Positions 45,477 through 56,200 of a stretch of DNA of 64,000 nucleotides are shown piece after piece. Every line of letters begins with the position of its first letter. The stretch's first letter is position 1. Made by a program: the position numbers and the translations under genes. Under the pieces are notes generated by a model that was given only the letters and a program-made list of their open reading frames with translations, was not told the origin of the DNA and made no database searches. Origin of the DNA: Gemmatimonadota bacterium (lineage in GTDB: Bacteria; Gemmatimonadota; Gemmatimonadetes; JACCXV01; JAHWKZ01); assembly GCA_035708865.1 (NCBI GenBank), contig DASTFF010000034.1, forward strand, positions 15,529 through 79,528, given 5' to 3'.

Positions 45477-46571
45477 ATGATGGACTCGCCCCGCCGGACC
45501 GCTCGAGCCGCACTCGTCGGGGTCCTGCTGATCCCGGGGCCGGCGTGGGCCCAGGACGAACCCGGCCCGCCGCGCGGCCGGATCGTGGCCGACACCGTCC
45601 CCGCCCCGGCCCTGGCGGGCAATCTCCTCGGCGACCCGACCCTCCAGCCGGCGTGGGTCTACCTGCCCCCGGGATATGACGGCTCCGGGGAGCGCTATCC
45701 CGTCCTCTATCTCCTGCACGGCGTCCTCGACGATCCGTCGGTGTGGATCGAGCCCGCCTATCAGGGCATGACCGTCCAGTCCACGATGGACAGCCTGATA
45801 GGCGCCGGTGCGGTCCGGCCGCTCATCGTCGTCATGCCGAACGGCCGGAACGCGCTCGGTGGGAGCTACTACCGCAACTCGTCCGTGACCGGGGGATGGG
45901 GCGACTTTATCGCCCGCGACCTGGTGCGCCACGTGGATGCCAACTATCGGACGCGGGCCGCGGCCGAGGCGCGGGCCGTCGCCGGCCACTCGATGGGCGG
46001 GTTGGGCGCGATATGGGCCGGAATGATGAACCCCGACGTCTTCTCCGTGGCCTACGGGATGAACCCCTGCTGTCTGTGCTGCGTCGGGGCCGAGCAGGTG
46101 CCGCCGGGGGCGGCCGCGCTGGAGGCCTACGCGTCGGTCGACGCGCTGTGGAAGGAGCTCGAGGGAGGCAACATCTGGCCGCTCGTCCTGGCCGGCTTCG
46201 GCGCGGCGTTCTTCCCCGACCCGGCCCACCCCCCGTTCTACGGTGATCCCGACGCGGGGCTGGGGGAAGCGACGGTCGGACCGGCTGTGGAGGTCTTCCC
46301 CACCAGCCTGGTGGACGACCGTGTCGACGCCCTGCAGAGCCTGAACGGCCTGGGGTTCGACTCCGCCTTCGGCGATCAGTTCGCCCACATCCCGGTCGCG
46401 ACGGCGGCGTTCTCGGACTCTCTCGAGGCGCACGGCGTGCCCCACGTGTACGAGGTCTACGCCGGGGACCACCGCAACCGGATGCGGGAGCGGATGGCGA
46501 CCGTCATTCTGCCGTGGATCTCGGAGCGGCTTGGGTACCCCGACCCAGAGGGCGCGTCCTCGGGGCCCTGA
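45477..46571 (+). CDS. secreted esterase (putative esterase / esterase D-like alpha/beta hydrolase)
   Basis: Signal peptide, YPVLYLLHG, and nucleophile elbow AGHSMGG. ATG 45477. Confidence 0.8.
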   Translation: MMDSPRRTARAALVGVLLIPGPAWAQDEPGPPRGRIVADTVPAPALAGNLLGDPTLQPAWVYLPPGYDGSGERYPVLYLLHGVLDDPSVWIEPAYQGMTVQSTMDSLIGAGAVRPLIVVMPNGRNALGGSYYRNSSVTGGWGDFIARDLVRHVDANYRTRAAAEARAVAGHSMGGLGAIWAGMMNPDVFSVAYGMNPCCLCCVGAEQVPPGAAALEAYASVDALWKELEGGNIWPLVLAGFGAAFFPDPAHPPFYGDPDAGLGEATVGPAVEVFPTSLVDDRVDALQSLNGLGFDSAFGDQFAHIPVATAAFSDSLEAHGVPHVYEVYAGDHRNRMRERMATVILPWISERLGYPDPEGASSGP

Positions 46572-47107
46572 GGTCCCGACCCGGACAGAAGCGGGTAGGG
46601 GTTGACCGGCTCCCCGGCGGCGAACACGGCATAGTGGAGGTGCGGCGCGTGGTCGGGCGCGTTGCCCGAGGTCCCCACGAACCCGATCACCTCCCCCGCT
46701 TCGACCCAGTCGCCCTGTCCCTGGCCTCCGTACTGCTCGAGGTGCGCGTAGTAGTGACGCCAGCCGCCCGGTCCCAGGACCGTCACCGTACGCCCGCCGA
46801 GGGGGTTGCCGCCCCGCCGCGTGACGATCCCTTCCGTCGCGCTCCGGACGGGCGTCCTACGAGGGGCGAAGATGTCGATTCCCTCGTGGCGCCGGCCGCC
46901 GCTTCGAGCGGCGCCCCACGTGTCGACGAGGTCGGGCGGTCGGACGCCGTCCACGGGAACCGGCAGACGGGCCGGCGGATCGGCGGCCATCAGGCGCACC
47001 TGACGCCAGGCTCGATGGGCGGCCGGATGGAGGAGGAGTCCGAGCGCCAAGAGCGCTGCCCCCCACCCAACCCCGGCGGCCAATCGCCACGGATCGGGCG
47101 CTCTCAA
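46457..47107 (-). CDS. M23-family peptidase
   Basis: Contains HEGIDIF and GTSGNAPDHAPHLHYAV. The last ~40 codons run antisense into the esterase 3' end. Confidence 0.85.
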   Translation of the reverse strand: MRAPDPWRLAAGVGWGAALLALGLLLHPAAHRAWRQVRLMAADPPARLPVPVDGVRPPDLVDTWGAARSGGRRHEGIDIFAPRRTPVRSATEGIVTRRGGNPLGGRTVTVLGPGGWRHYYAHLEQYGGQGQGDWVEAGEVIGFVGTSGNAPDHAPHLHYAVFAAGEPVNPYPLLSGSGPQGPEDAPSGSGYPSRSEIHGRMTVAIRSRIRLRWSPA

Positions 47108-47135
47108 CGGCCGTTCGGCTCCGTCCGCCGACCCG

Positions 47136-48386
47136 CTACAGGGCCTCCCGCTCGACGGCCATCAGGTCCTGCGAGGTCTCACGCCGGCGGATCGTCTCGA
47201 CGGATCCGTCCTCGGTGATCCACACCTCGGCCGCCCGCGGGTGCGAGTTGTAATGGCTGGACATCGCCATCCCGTACGCGCCGGTATCGAGGACCGCCAA
47301 GAGGTCGCCAGGCTCGAGCGGCGGGAGCGGGCGGTCGCGGCCCAGGAAGTCGCTCGACTCGCAGATCGGGCCGGCCACGTCGGTCGCCCGCTCGCCGTCC
47401 CGGCGCCGCAGCGGCCAGATGCGGTGGCGGGCCTCGTACAGGGCCGGCCGCATGAGGTCCGTCATCCCGGCGTCGACGACCGCGAGGGAACGACCGTCCC
47501 GCTCCTTGCGGTACAGGACTCGCGTCAGGAGACACCCGGCCGGGCCGACCAGGTACCTTCCGAGCTCGAGCACGATCTCGGCCCCGAATTCCCGCACCCG
47601 CGGCACGATCGCCTCGGCGTAGGCCTCCGGGCGCGGCACGGGATCGCCGTCGTAGGAGATTCCGAACCCTCCCCCGGCGTTGATCCAGCGGACGGCCACC
47701 CCCGCCGCGCGTGCGGCCCGGCCGCAATCGAGGAGGACCTCCAGCCCGGCATCGTACGGCGCGGTGTCGGTGATCTGGCTTCCGAGGTGCATGTGAAGTC
47801 CGACGAGGTCGAGCCCGGTGGAGCCGGCGATCCGGTCCAGCAGAGGTGGAAGCTCGTCGAGGGCGATCCCGAACTTGTCGACCTTGCGTCCGGTCGTGAT
47901 GTGGCGATGCGTGCGGGCATCGACGTCCGGATTCAGACGCAGGCTGATCGGCGCCCGGATCCCGCGGGCGGCGGCCAGCCCGTTCAGCCGCTGCGCCTCT
48001 TCGACCGATTCCACGTTGACCATCCAGAGCCCGGCCCCGGCGGCCCGTTCGAGCTCACGCAAGGTCTTTCCGACGCCCGCGAACACGACCCTGTCGAACG
48101 CCACCCCGACCTCCGCCAACCGGTCCAGCTCGCCCTCCGACACGACATCGAAGCCAACGCCCAGGCCCGCCAGCCACTTTAGCAACCGGAGGTTCGAGTT
48201 CGCCTTGACGGAGTAGCATAGCCGGGTCGGGTGAGCCTCGAAGGCCTCGCGAACCTCGGCCACGCGCGACGCGATCGAGGGGCGATGATAGACGTAGAGC
48301 GGGGTTCCGTGACGGTCCGCCAGGTCGGCCAGACGCACGCCCCCGCCAACGAGATCGTCCTGATGGTAGCTCCAGGGAATCGGCAC
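47136..48386 (-). CDS. lysA: diaminopimelate decarboxylase
   Basis: Contains YSVKANSN (PLP Lys), GGGFGI and CESSD motifs, 416 aa. Confidence 0.95.
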   Translation of the reverse strand: MPIPWSYHQDDLVGGGVRLADLADRHGTPLYVYHRPSIASRVAEVREAFEAHPTRLCYSVKANSNLRLLKWLAGLGVGFDVVSEGELDRLAEVGVAFDRVVFAGVGKTLRELERAAGAGLWMVNVESVEEAQRLNGLAAARGIRAPISLRLNPDVDARTHRHITTGRKVDKFGIALDELPPLLDRIAGSTGLDLVGLHMHLGSQITDTAPYDAGLEVLLDCGRAARAAGVAVRWINAGGGFGISYDGDPVPRPEAYAEAIVPRVREFGAEIVLELGRYLVGPAGCLLTRVLYRKERDGRSLAVVDAGMTDLMRPALYEARHRIWPLRRRDGERATDVAGPICESSDFLGRDRPLPPLEPGDLLAVLDTGAYGMAMSSHYNSHPRAAEVWITEDGSVETIRRRETSQDLMAVEREAL

Positions 48387-48518
48387 GGAGCCACCAAGTT
48401 AGGGGCGGCCCCCGCGGGGTCAACGCGATCGCTGGGCGGAGTGCCCGCGGCTGGTGGAGGGGTCCCCTCCGGCCACGGTTGCCCCCGGGGGACGGGCTTG
48501 TCTACATTACTACGTCTG

Positions 48519-49427
48519 ATGCGGACCAGGACGCATTCCCCCGCCCCGGCCAGTCGCGCCAGTACGTCTGTCAGCGGCGTCGCGTGCCTGCTCGTCCTCG
48601 TTCTCGCCGGTCCCGTCCGCGCCCAGGAGCTCCGGCCCGTCACCCCCGCCTCCGAGACCCATCTGGTGCAGCAGGCGGCGTTCGCGCTATGGTGGCCGCA
48701 CTACGAGCGGCTGATGCGGGAGTTCCTCCGCAACACGCCCGACGACGCGGGACGGATCGCGCTTCCCGAACCCACCCCCGAGGAGTTCTATCGCGAGATC
48801 ATCGTCCTCGGCCGGATCCTCGAGCCCGCCATGGCTGACGTCTCGTTCTACAGCGTCACCACCGAGGGCGACCTGTATCAGGGACTCTTCGTGGTCAACG
48901 AAAACGATCGCGCCTGGCCGCTGGTGAACCGAATGGAGCCCGGCTCGTTCGCCCACACCATGAACCGCGCCTACGTGGACGCCGTCAACGCCCTCCTCGA
49001 CCGCGAGCGGGTCCGGCCCGCCTCGGCCGACGAGGCGCTCCGGCTGGCCCGGTTCCTGGTGGAGGCATTCTACAACTTCGATTACCGGTACACCCCGTCG
49101 AGCGTCGACTCCATCACGTTCGCCGAGCTCAATCTGGTCCGCGTGCTCAACTCGATCGACGAGATCCCCCAGGGGCTCCGCCGCTTCGATGCCGCGGACG
49201 GGGACGCCCTGCTGTACGGCAAGGTGCCCGACACCGTCCGGGGGACGGTCAGCCCCCCCCGTGTCCAGCGTGCCGGCGCGAACGACTACCGGGTCTCCTT
49301 CTACACCTGGCATCCGCAGACCGGCGAGCTCAAGCGCTGGGAGATACAGATGACCGACGGCCAGTTCGCCGCGCTGGAGGATCGGACCGTCGAGAAGTGG
49401 CCCTCGTTCACCGTCCAGGACTTCTAG
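48519..49427 (+). CDS. hypothetical secreted protein
   Basis: ATG 48519 with signal-like VACLLVLVLAGPVRAQE. No motif recognised. Confidence 0.5.
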   Translation: MRTRTHSPAPASRASTSVSGVACLLVLVLAGPVRAQELRPVTPASETHLVQQAAFALWWPHYERLMREFLRNTPDDAGRIALPEPTPEEFYREIIVLGRILEPAMADVSFYSVTTEGDLYQGLFVVNENDRAWPLVNRMEPGSFAHTMNRAYVDAVNALLDRERVRPASADEALRLARFLVEAFYNFDYRYTPSSVDSITFAELNLVRVLNSIDEIPQGLRRFDAADGDALLYGKVPDTVRGTVSPPRVQRAGANDYRVSFYTWHPQTGELKRWEIQMTDGQFAALEDRTVEKWPSFTVQDF

Positions 49428-49882
49428 CCGCTCCGATCCTGGTGTCCCTGCTCGCCGCCTGCGGCAGCGAGGCGCCGGATCCCGCGGCCGAGGCCGTCAC
49501 GCCGAGCACGACGGCGGCGAACGAGGCGGCAGACACGATCCCGCCGCCGGTCCCCGACGGCGAGCCGATGCCGGCCGCCACGGACGCAGCCGGAATTCCG
49601 CCGTATCCCGGTGCGATCGTGCACATGATCACCGCCGCCCCCGCCTCGACCTACCGCGTCAACGCCTTCACACGGGACCCCAAGGAGCAGGTGGTCGCCT
49701 TCTATCAGGAGAGCCTCCCGGGCTGGCGGATGATCCGCTCCCCCGACGACATCGTGGTGTTCCAGAAGGAGCCCGATCAGGCCGCGGTCACGATCTCGGA
49801 CTGGGACGGCTCGGTGCTGGGGCCGGAGGCGGAGGAGGAGTTGCGGCGGGCGAGGACTGCGATCGGCACCGCCTGGCGGTGA
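49397..49882 (+). CDS. hypothetical lipoprotein
   Basis: Lipobox VSLLAAC. The start is uncertain (GTG 49397 overlaps the previous gene by 31 nt). Confidence 0.45.
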   Translation: MALVHRPGLLAAPILVSLLAACGSEAPDPAAEAVTPSTTAANEAADTIPPPVPDGEPMPAATDAAGIPPYPGAIVHMITAAPASTYRVNAFTRDPKEQVVAFYQESLPGWRMIRSPDDIVVFQKEPDQAAVTISDWDGSVLGPEAEEELRRARTAIGTAWR

Positions 49883-49888
49883 CCGGGA

Positions 49889-50311
49889 CTAGAGCTCGAT
49901 CAGGGGCAGACGCAGGGACTCGTCGAAGACCCGCTCCACCGGCGATTCGAACGGGGTCAGCACGATCTCGCAGGTGACACCGACCACACCGCCGAGGAGG
50001 TGGCCGGCCCGGGTCTCGCAAGAGCGGTCCGAGACGATGACGTGGGCGTGGATGCGGGGGGCGTCCTCGTAACGGGTGACGTTCCCGGTCAGGCCGGCGA
50101 TCTCCCAGACGCCCTCCAGGCTGGTCTCCCGGTAGCGCTGCTCGTACCGATCGAACCACGCCACCCGGGGCGCCTCGACCGCGCCCAGTCCGACGAACGA
50201 TCCGCTCTCGACCGCTGCTTCCCGTACGGCTTCACGAAGCCCGTCCAGGAGGTCGGTGCCCCGCGCCAGCACGATGAGAAGGTCCCTTTCGCGCCGCGCC
50301 CAGGCGGTCAC
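49889..50311 (-). CDS. PPC/DUF296-domain protein
   Basis: Contains IVLARGTDLLDGLREA...GSFVGLGAV....HAHVIVSD..G...GGHL. GTG 50311 is in a GTGA overlap. Confidence 0.65.
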   Translation of the reverse strand: MTAWARRERDLLIVLARGTDLLDGLREAVREAAVESGSFVGLGAVEAPRVAWFDRYEQRYRETSLEGVWEIAGLTGNVTRYEDAPRIHAHVIVSDRSCETRAGHLLGGVVGVTCEIVLTPFESPVERVFDESLRLPLIEL

Positions 50312-51327
50312 GGCAGAAGCCTCTCGACCTCGATGACGGGGTTGCCGGTGAGCTCGCTGCGACCGGTGCGGACGCGGCCCTCGATGCGGATCGTCTCGAA
50401 GGGCGAGAGGCCGCGGAACTCGTCCAGCAGGGCGGCCGGAACGACCAGATAGACGTACGTCGCCCGGCCGGGGACGCGCGCCAGTCCGTACCACTCTCCG
50501 TCCTTGAAATCGCTCCTCCATGACTCGGCCTGCTGGAGCGCGACGTGCTCGAGCGTCCACTGAACCCGCCGCCCGGTGAAGCGGTCGGGAGCCAGCGCCA
50601 CGGCCTCGGGCGCCGAGGCCGCCCCGCCGTCGGTCGACACCGCCTCGCTGGGCACCCATCCCTCCACCTCGACGCGCGTCCAGGCGCCGCGACGCTCGAG
50701 CGTCCGGAGGACCGTGCCCGAGGGGATCGTCGTGACGAGCGTCCCCCCGGGACTTCCGCGCAGCCCGGTCTCCTCGGTGAGGCGGCCCGCCGTGACGCGG
50801 CCCGCCGGGGGTGCGGCCGGCGGCCGTGAGGGACTCGCCGGCGGCGGGGCGGCGTCTGTCCGGGGCTCGCCGTCCCCCCCCGGCGCGGCGTCCGCGCCGG
50901 CGGGCGGCCGCACGGCGGAGTCGGGGAGCCAGCCGATCATCTCGATCTCGAACCACTTGTCGTTTCCGCCGACCCGCCGGACCTCGACCCCGCGCTCGAG
51001 CGTGCCCAGGATCTCCCCGCCCGGCCCCTCGCGCAGGTTCTCCCGGACGGGCGTCACCTGGTAATGGTCACCCGCCTTCTCGAGGGACCTCCGCCACATC
51101 CAGCCGTGGACGCCGACCCGCGTCCAGTCGCCGCGCCCTCCGAGCCGCTCGAGGGGAGTGCCGCGATGAAGGTGGCCCAGGAGCCGGCCCGTGGAGCTCC
51201 ACTTGAGCACGGTCTCTTCGACCACGACCTCGAGGTCGGAGAGACCTCCGCCGTTCGCCCGGCCGGCGGCCGCCACCGCGGCAGAGACGAGAACGAGAAT
51301 GAGAACGGTCGGGAGCAGGACCCGCAT
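50308..51327 (-). CDS. secreted protein with three SH3b-like repeats
   Basis: Signal peptide MRVLLPTVLILVLVSAAVAAA. Contains recurring ..G(D/A)W.(R/E)V.(V/I).GW(M/L/V) units: GDWTRVGVHGWMW, DKWFEIEMIGWLP and GAWTRVEVEGWVP. Confidence 0.6.
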   Translation of the reverse strand: MRVLLPTVLILVLVSAAVAAAGRANGGGLSDLEVVVEETVLKWSSTGRLLGHLHRGTPLERLGGRGDWTRVGVHGWMWRRSLEKAGDHYQVTPVRENLREGPGGEILGTLERGVEVRRVGGNDKWFEIEMIGWLPDSAVRPPAGADAAPGGDGEPRTDAAPPPASPSRPPAAPPAGRVTAGRLTEETGLRGSPGGTLVTTIPSGTVLRTLERRGAWTRVEVEGWVPSEAVSTDGGAASAPEAVALAPDRFTGRRVQWTLEHVALQQAESWRSDFKDGEWYGLARVPGRATYVYLVVPAALLDEFRGLSPFETIRIEGRVRTGRSELTGNPVIEVERLLP

Positions 51328-51606
51328 GCAGACCTTCGTGGCCGGGTTCGTCGTCGAGCGGATGGGGGTTCCGAGGGGCGTTCAAGCTTCGCGATCCAAC
51401 CCGGTCTTGTCAAGCCGGAGCGCCTCCCGGCCCGACGGCGTCGCGACAAGGAAAACGGCCGCTTCTTCACCGCGGTCGTACCGGCTACCGGACCATGACC
51501 CCGCCGTACAGTGTTTGACGATGCCGAAGCGGTTGACGCGTGCTTTGCCTGGATTTCCGAGCAGCGCCCGGCGTCCGGGCCGTGCCGGCGTAGATTGCTC
51601 GAGCTG

Positions 51607-52107
51607 ATGGCGCCGGCCGACCCCACCTTCCGCGTCGTCCTGGTCGAGCCCCTGATCCCGCAGAACACGGGGACGATCGGCCGCCTGTGCGTGGCGGCGC
51701 GGGCGGAGCTGCATCTGGTGGGTCCGCTCGGCTTCTCGATCGACGATCGCCGGCGGCGGCGCGCCGGGCTCGACTACTGGCCGCACCTGGTCTGGCGGGC
51801 GTGGGACGACCTGCCGGCCTTCCTGCGCGGCGCCGCGCCCGCCGAGGACCGCTCCTGGTACGCCACCACCCGGAGCGGAGTCGCCTACGCCGACGCCCGG
51901 CTGCGGCCCGGCGACTGGCTCTTCTTCGGAGCCGAGACAGCCGGCCTGCCGGCCGACCTCACGGCGGACCACCCCGAGCGGTGCGTGTCGATCCCCATGG
52001 ATCCCCGCGCACGGTCGATCAACCTGGCCATCGCGGTCGGGATCGTGCTTTACGAGGGCCTGCGCCAGACCGGCTGGCCGGGCGACGCGCCGGCCGCTTT
52101 CTCGTGA
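51607..52107 (+). CDS. trmL: tRNA (cytidine/uridine-2'-O-)-methyltransferase, SpoU/TrmL type
   Basis: Contains VVLVEPLIPQNTGTIGRLC, FGAETAGLP and SINLAIAVGIVLYE. ATG 51607. Confidence 0.85.
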   Translation: MAPADPTFRVVLVEPLIPQNTGTIGRLCVAARAELHLVGPLGFSIDDRRRRRAGLDYWPHLVWRAWDDLPAFLRGAAPAEDRSWYATTRSGVAYADARLRPGDWLFFGAETAGLPADLTADHPERCVSIPMDPRARSINLAIAVGIVLYEGLRQTGWPGDAPAAFS

Positions 52108-52126
52108 CGCCTGTTGATGCGGGGGG

Positions 52127-53251
52127 GTGATGTTATCTTCAGCTCGACGCGCTCCTGTCGATCACCTGAACGGCCGCGAAGGACCGGTTCGCCTGCCGAC
52201 ATCTGCTTGCCGCCGACTCACCGCCGGACCGCTTCCGCTTCTTCTCCTCCTGGCGGCATGCGGGCGAGGTCCGGCCTATGGCTCCGACAACGCGATCATC
52301 GCGGTCGTCGATCCGGCCCTCCGGGACCGTGTCGAGCCGGTGCTCCGCCAGGCGCTCGAGCGGGAGGTGGAGACCACGCGCAGTGAGCCTGTCTTCGAGG
52401 TGACGTTTACGACCCCCGCTGGGATCGGCGAGTTCCAGAAGTGGAAGCGGCTGCTGGTCGTCGAGCCTGGGAGCGGTGACGCGGTCCTGCTGCCCGAGTT
52501 GGTCGACACCCCACTGGAAGGTCCCGTGTCCACGGTGGTGCACGACAAGTGGGCCCGTGGCCAGACGATCCACGTGCTGGCAGCTCCTACCCCGGAGGCG
52601 ACGGAGGATCTGGTGCGGGCGTCGGTCGATTCGCTCTACCAGGCGCTGCATGCCGAGTTCGTCGCTTTCCACGTGGACCGGATGTGGGCGAGCGGGGCCG
52701 ATTCCGCCCTCGCCCGGAGCCTCGAGAACGAGCTCGGCTTCTCGATCCTGCTTCCGAACGTCTACCAGCCGGCCGCCGCCTCGGCCCCCGCCGACTCGCG
52801 GGTGTGGTACAACGAGGACCCGCGCCGCGTGGTCGCGCTGCATTGGCTTCCGCGTCCGGCCCGGCTGACCGCCGACACCCTCCTCGCCGTCCGCATCGAC
52901 TGGGGACGCCGGCTCTTCCCCGGCGATTCGATCCCGGGCCGGCTCCAGGCCCCGCAGGGGGAGGTGCCTGGTGCGGACTCGCTGGTCGGATCCGGGCCGG
53001 CGGTGAGGGCGCAGGAAACCCGCCTGGGCGGGCTTCCGGCGCTCCGCCTCCAGGGGACCTGGACCAGCCCCTCCGACGTCGGAGCCGGCCTGTTCGTGAC
53101 GTACGGGGTCATCTGCGGAGAACGGCTCGTCGTCCTGGACGGCAACCTTTACGCACCCGACCGCGACAAGTATCCGTACGTGGTCCAGCTCGACCGGATC
53201 TTCGAGACCCTCCGGTGCACGGCGGCGGACGAGGACCGCGAGGCGGCGTGA
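52127..53251 (+). CDS. hypothetical lipoprotein
   Basis: Lipobox LLLLAAC. The start is uncertain. Its stop overlaps the dnaE GTG (GTGA). Confidence 0.5.
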   Translation: MMLSSARRAPVDHLNGREGPVRLPTSACRRLTAGPLPLLLLLAACGRGPAYGSDNAIIAVVDPALRDRVEPVLRQALEREVETTRSEPVFEVTFTTPAGIGEFQKWKRLLVVEPGSGDAVLLPELVDTPLEGPVSTVVHDKWARGQTIHVLAAPTPEATEDLVRASVDSLYQALHAEFVAFHVDRMWASGADSALARSLENELGFSILLPNVYQPAAASAPADSRVWYNEDPRRVVALHWLPRPARLTADTLLAVRIDWGRRLFPGDSIPGRLQAPQGEVPGADSLVGSGPAVRAQETRLGGLPALRLQGTWTSPSDVGAGLFVTYGVICGERLVVLDGNLYAPDRDKYPYVVQLDRIFETLRCTAADEDREAA

Positions 53252-56200
53252 GCTTCGTCCATCTCCACACCCACTCCGAGTACTCGCTGCTGGATGGCGC
53301 CAACCGCCTCGACCGGCTGGTGGCGGCGGCCGCCGGCCAGCGGATGCAGGCGCTCGCGCTTACCGACCACGGCAACCTCTTCGGCGCCGTCGAGTTCTAT
53401 CGCGCCGCCCGCGAGGCGGGGATCAAGCCGATCCTCGGGATGGAGGCCTACGTCGCGGCGGGGGACCGCCGGGAGCGAGGTGGGCGGGCGGGCTCGTACT
53501 CCCACCTCGTGCTCCTGGCTGAGGACGAGACGGGGTGGAAGAACCTGATCCGCCTCTCCTCGATCGGCTATCTGGAGGGGTTCTACTACAAGCCCCGGAT
53601 CGACCACGAGGCGCTGGCCGAGAACTCCGCGGGTCTGATCGCGCTGAGCGCCTGCCTGAAGGGCGAGGTGCCGACCTTCCTCATGCAGGCGAACTACGAG
53701 GCCGCCCGCGAGCGGGCCACCCGGCTGGCGCGCCTGTTCGGGCCCGACCGCTTCTTTCTCGAGCTCCAGGATCACGGCATCCCCGAGCAGCGGGGGGTCA
53801 ACGACGGCGTCCGCGAGCTCGCGCGCGAGCTCGGCCTGCCGCTGGTGGCCACCAACGACGTCCACTACGAGCGCCGGGTCGACGCCTCCGCGCACGATGT
53901 CCTGCTGTGCATCCAGACCGGCAAGCTCGTCGACCAGCAGGACCGCATGCGGTTCTTCTCCGACGAGTTCTACTTCAAGACGCCGGAGGAGATGGCCGAG
54001 CGGTTCCCGGACTGCCCGGAGGCGCTCGAGAACACGGCCTGGATCGCCGAGCGCTGCGAGGTGGAGCTCGCCTTCGGCCGTCCGCTGCTCCCGGCCTTCC
54101 CGGTGCCGGCCGGTCACGATTCGCTGGAGACGCTGCTCGAGGAGCAGGCCCGGCGCGGGCTCGAGGAGCGCTACGACACGATCGACGACACGATCCTGGA
54201 GCGCTTCGAGTACGAGCTCGGCGTCATCAAACGGACGGGCTTCGCCGGCTACTTCCTGATCGTCGCCGATTTCATCGCGTACGCCCGAGCGGAGGGGATC
54301 ACGGTCGGGCCGGGACGCGGCTCCGCCGCCGGCAGCCTGGTCGCGTACTGCCTGGGGATCACCAACATCGACCCGCTGCGCTACGGGCTGCTCTTCGAGC
54401 GTTTCCTGAACCCCGACCGGATCTCGATGCCGGACATCGACATCGACTTCCGGGACGACCGGCGGGGCGAGGTGATCGAGTACGTGAAGCGCAAGTACGG
54501 CGAGGAGTCGGTGGCCCAGATCATCACCTTCGGGACCAGGAAGTCGAAGGCCGCCGTGCGCGACGTCGCGCGCGTCCTCCAGCTCCCGCTGGCCGAGGCG
54601 GACCGCCTCGCCAAGCTGATCCCGAACGCGCCGGGGTCCCCCCAGCCGGTGCGGGTCGAGGACGCGATCGAGCAGGTCCCCGAGATCGGGGAGGCGTATC
54701 GCTCGAGCGACCGGCTGCGGCGGCTGCTGGACGACGCCAAGGCCCTCCAGGGCCTGGCGCGCCACGCCAGCGTGCACGCGGCGGGCGTCGTCATCGCGCC
54801 CGACCGCCTCGTCAATTACGTCCCGCTCTACCGCTCCGAGCGGAGCGAGCTGACGACCCAGTGGGACATGAGCACGATCGAGCTCGTGGGCCTGCTCAAG
54901 ATCGACTTCCTCGGGCTCAAGACGCTCACCATCATCGACGACGCGATCGACATGATCGCCGAAAAGAGCGGCGCCCGGATCGACGTGGACGCCCTCCCGC
55001 TGGACGATCCGGAGCCCTACGCGCTCCTCGTGCGCGGCGAGACCGAAGGCATCTTCCAGTTCGAGTCGTCGCTGGCGACCGACATCTGCGTGCGCACGCG
55101 TCCGACCCGTTTCGAGGACCTGATCGCCATCAACGCGCTGATCCGGCCGGGACCGCTCGACTGCGGGATGACCGAGCGCTACATCAAGCGCAAGCGCGGC
55201 GAGGAACCGATCGACTCCTACCACGAGGACCTGGTCGACCTGCTGTCCGAGACGTCCGGCGTCATCACCTACCAGGAGCAGGTGATGCAGATCGCCAACC
55301 GGGTGGCCGGCTTCTCGCTCGCCGAAGCCGACATCCTGCGCAAGGCGATGGGCAAGAAGATCCAGTCGCTGGTCGACGAGCAGATGAGCCGCTTCCGCGC
55401 CGGCGCGCTGGAGCGCGGCTATTCGCCCGAGGTTGTCGAGCGGCTGGTGACCGACATCACCACCTTCGGCCGCTACGGGTTCAACAAGAGCCACTCGGCG
55501 GCCTACGCGCTGGTGGCCTATCACACGGCATGGCTCAAGGCGCATCATCCGCGCGAGTTCATGGCGGCGCTGCTGACCAACGTGATGGGCAACACCGACA
55601 CGGTGGTGCGCTACCTGGACGCCTGCCGGACGATGGGGATCGAGATCCTGGGCCCGGACGTCAACGAGTCCGGGTACGGCTTCACCAACGTCGGGCGGGG
55701 CCTGCGCTTCGGGCTGGGGGCGGTCAAGAACGTGGGCCGAGGCGCGATCGAGGCGATCCTGGCCGCCCGGCGCAAGGAGGGCCGGTTCGCCAACCTGTTC
55801 GAGCTGGCCGAGCGGGTCGACCTCCGTCACGTCAACAAGCGCGTGGTGGAGAGCCTGATCCAGGCCGGCGCCTGCGATGCGCTGGAAGGGCATCGCGCCC
55901 AGCAGATCGTAGCCCTCGACCTGGCGCTGGCTCATGGCCAGCGGAAGGCGAGCGAGCGGGAGCGGGGCCAGTTCACGCTGTTCGGCGGCGCGCCCGAGAA
56001 CGCGAGCCGGACCATCCCGCCGCTCCCCGACGTGGACGAGTGGCCGTCCGGCGAGCGGCTCCGGAACGAGAAGGAGGTGCTCGGCTTCTACGTCTCGGGT
56101 CACCCGCTCGACCGCGTGAAGGCCCAGCTCGCGGCCTTCGCCCGTCACACGGCGGCCGGCCTGGCCGAGCTGCCGGCCGGCCGCCAGGTGACGATCGGCG

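Noticed and set aside
46457-46571. 115-bp convergent overlap of the esterase and M23 peptidase ORFs, considered as a sign of a frameshift or mis-assembly
   Set aside because: Both proteins are complete with respect to their conserved domains before the overlap. The tails are simply read-through to the first available stop in GC-rich DNA. Nothing indicates a disrupted gene.
48387-48518. GC palindromes (ggaggggtcccctcc, cccccggggg) in the lysA leader, considered as a riboswitch or attenuator
   Set aside because: I found no match to the lysine-riboswitch core that I could recognise. The palindromes have 0-1-nt centres, so they cannot form RNA hairpins. They are left as possible protein-binding sites only.
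51328-51606. 280-bp divergent spacer before trmL, scanned for a small RNA or tRNA
   Set aside because: It has only weak, interrupted stems (cttgtc...gacaag). There is no tRNA-like T-arm or anticodon pattern and no recognisable promoter/terminator pair.
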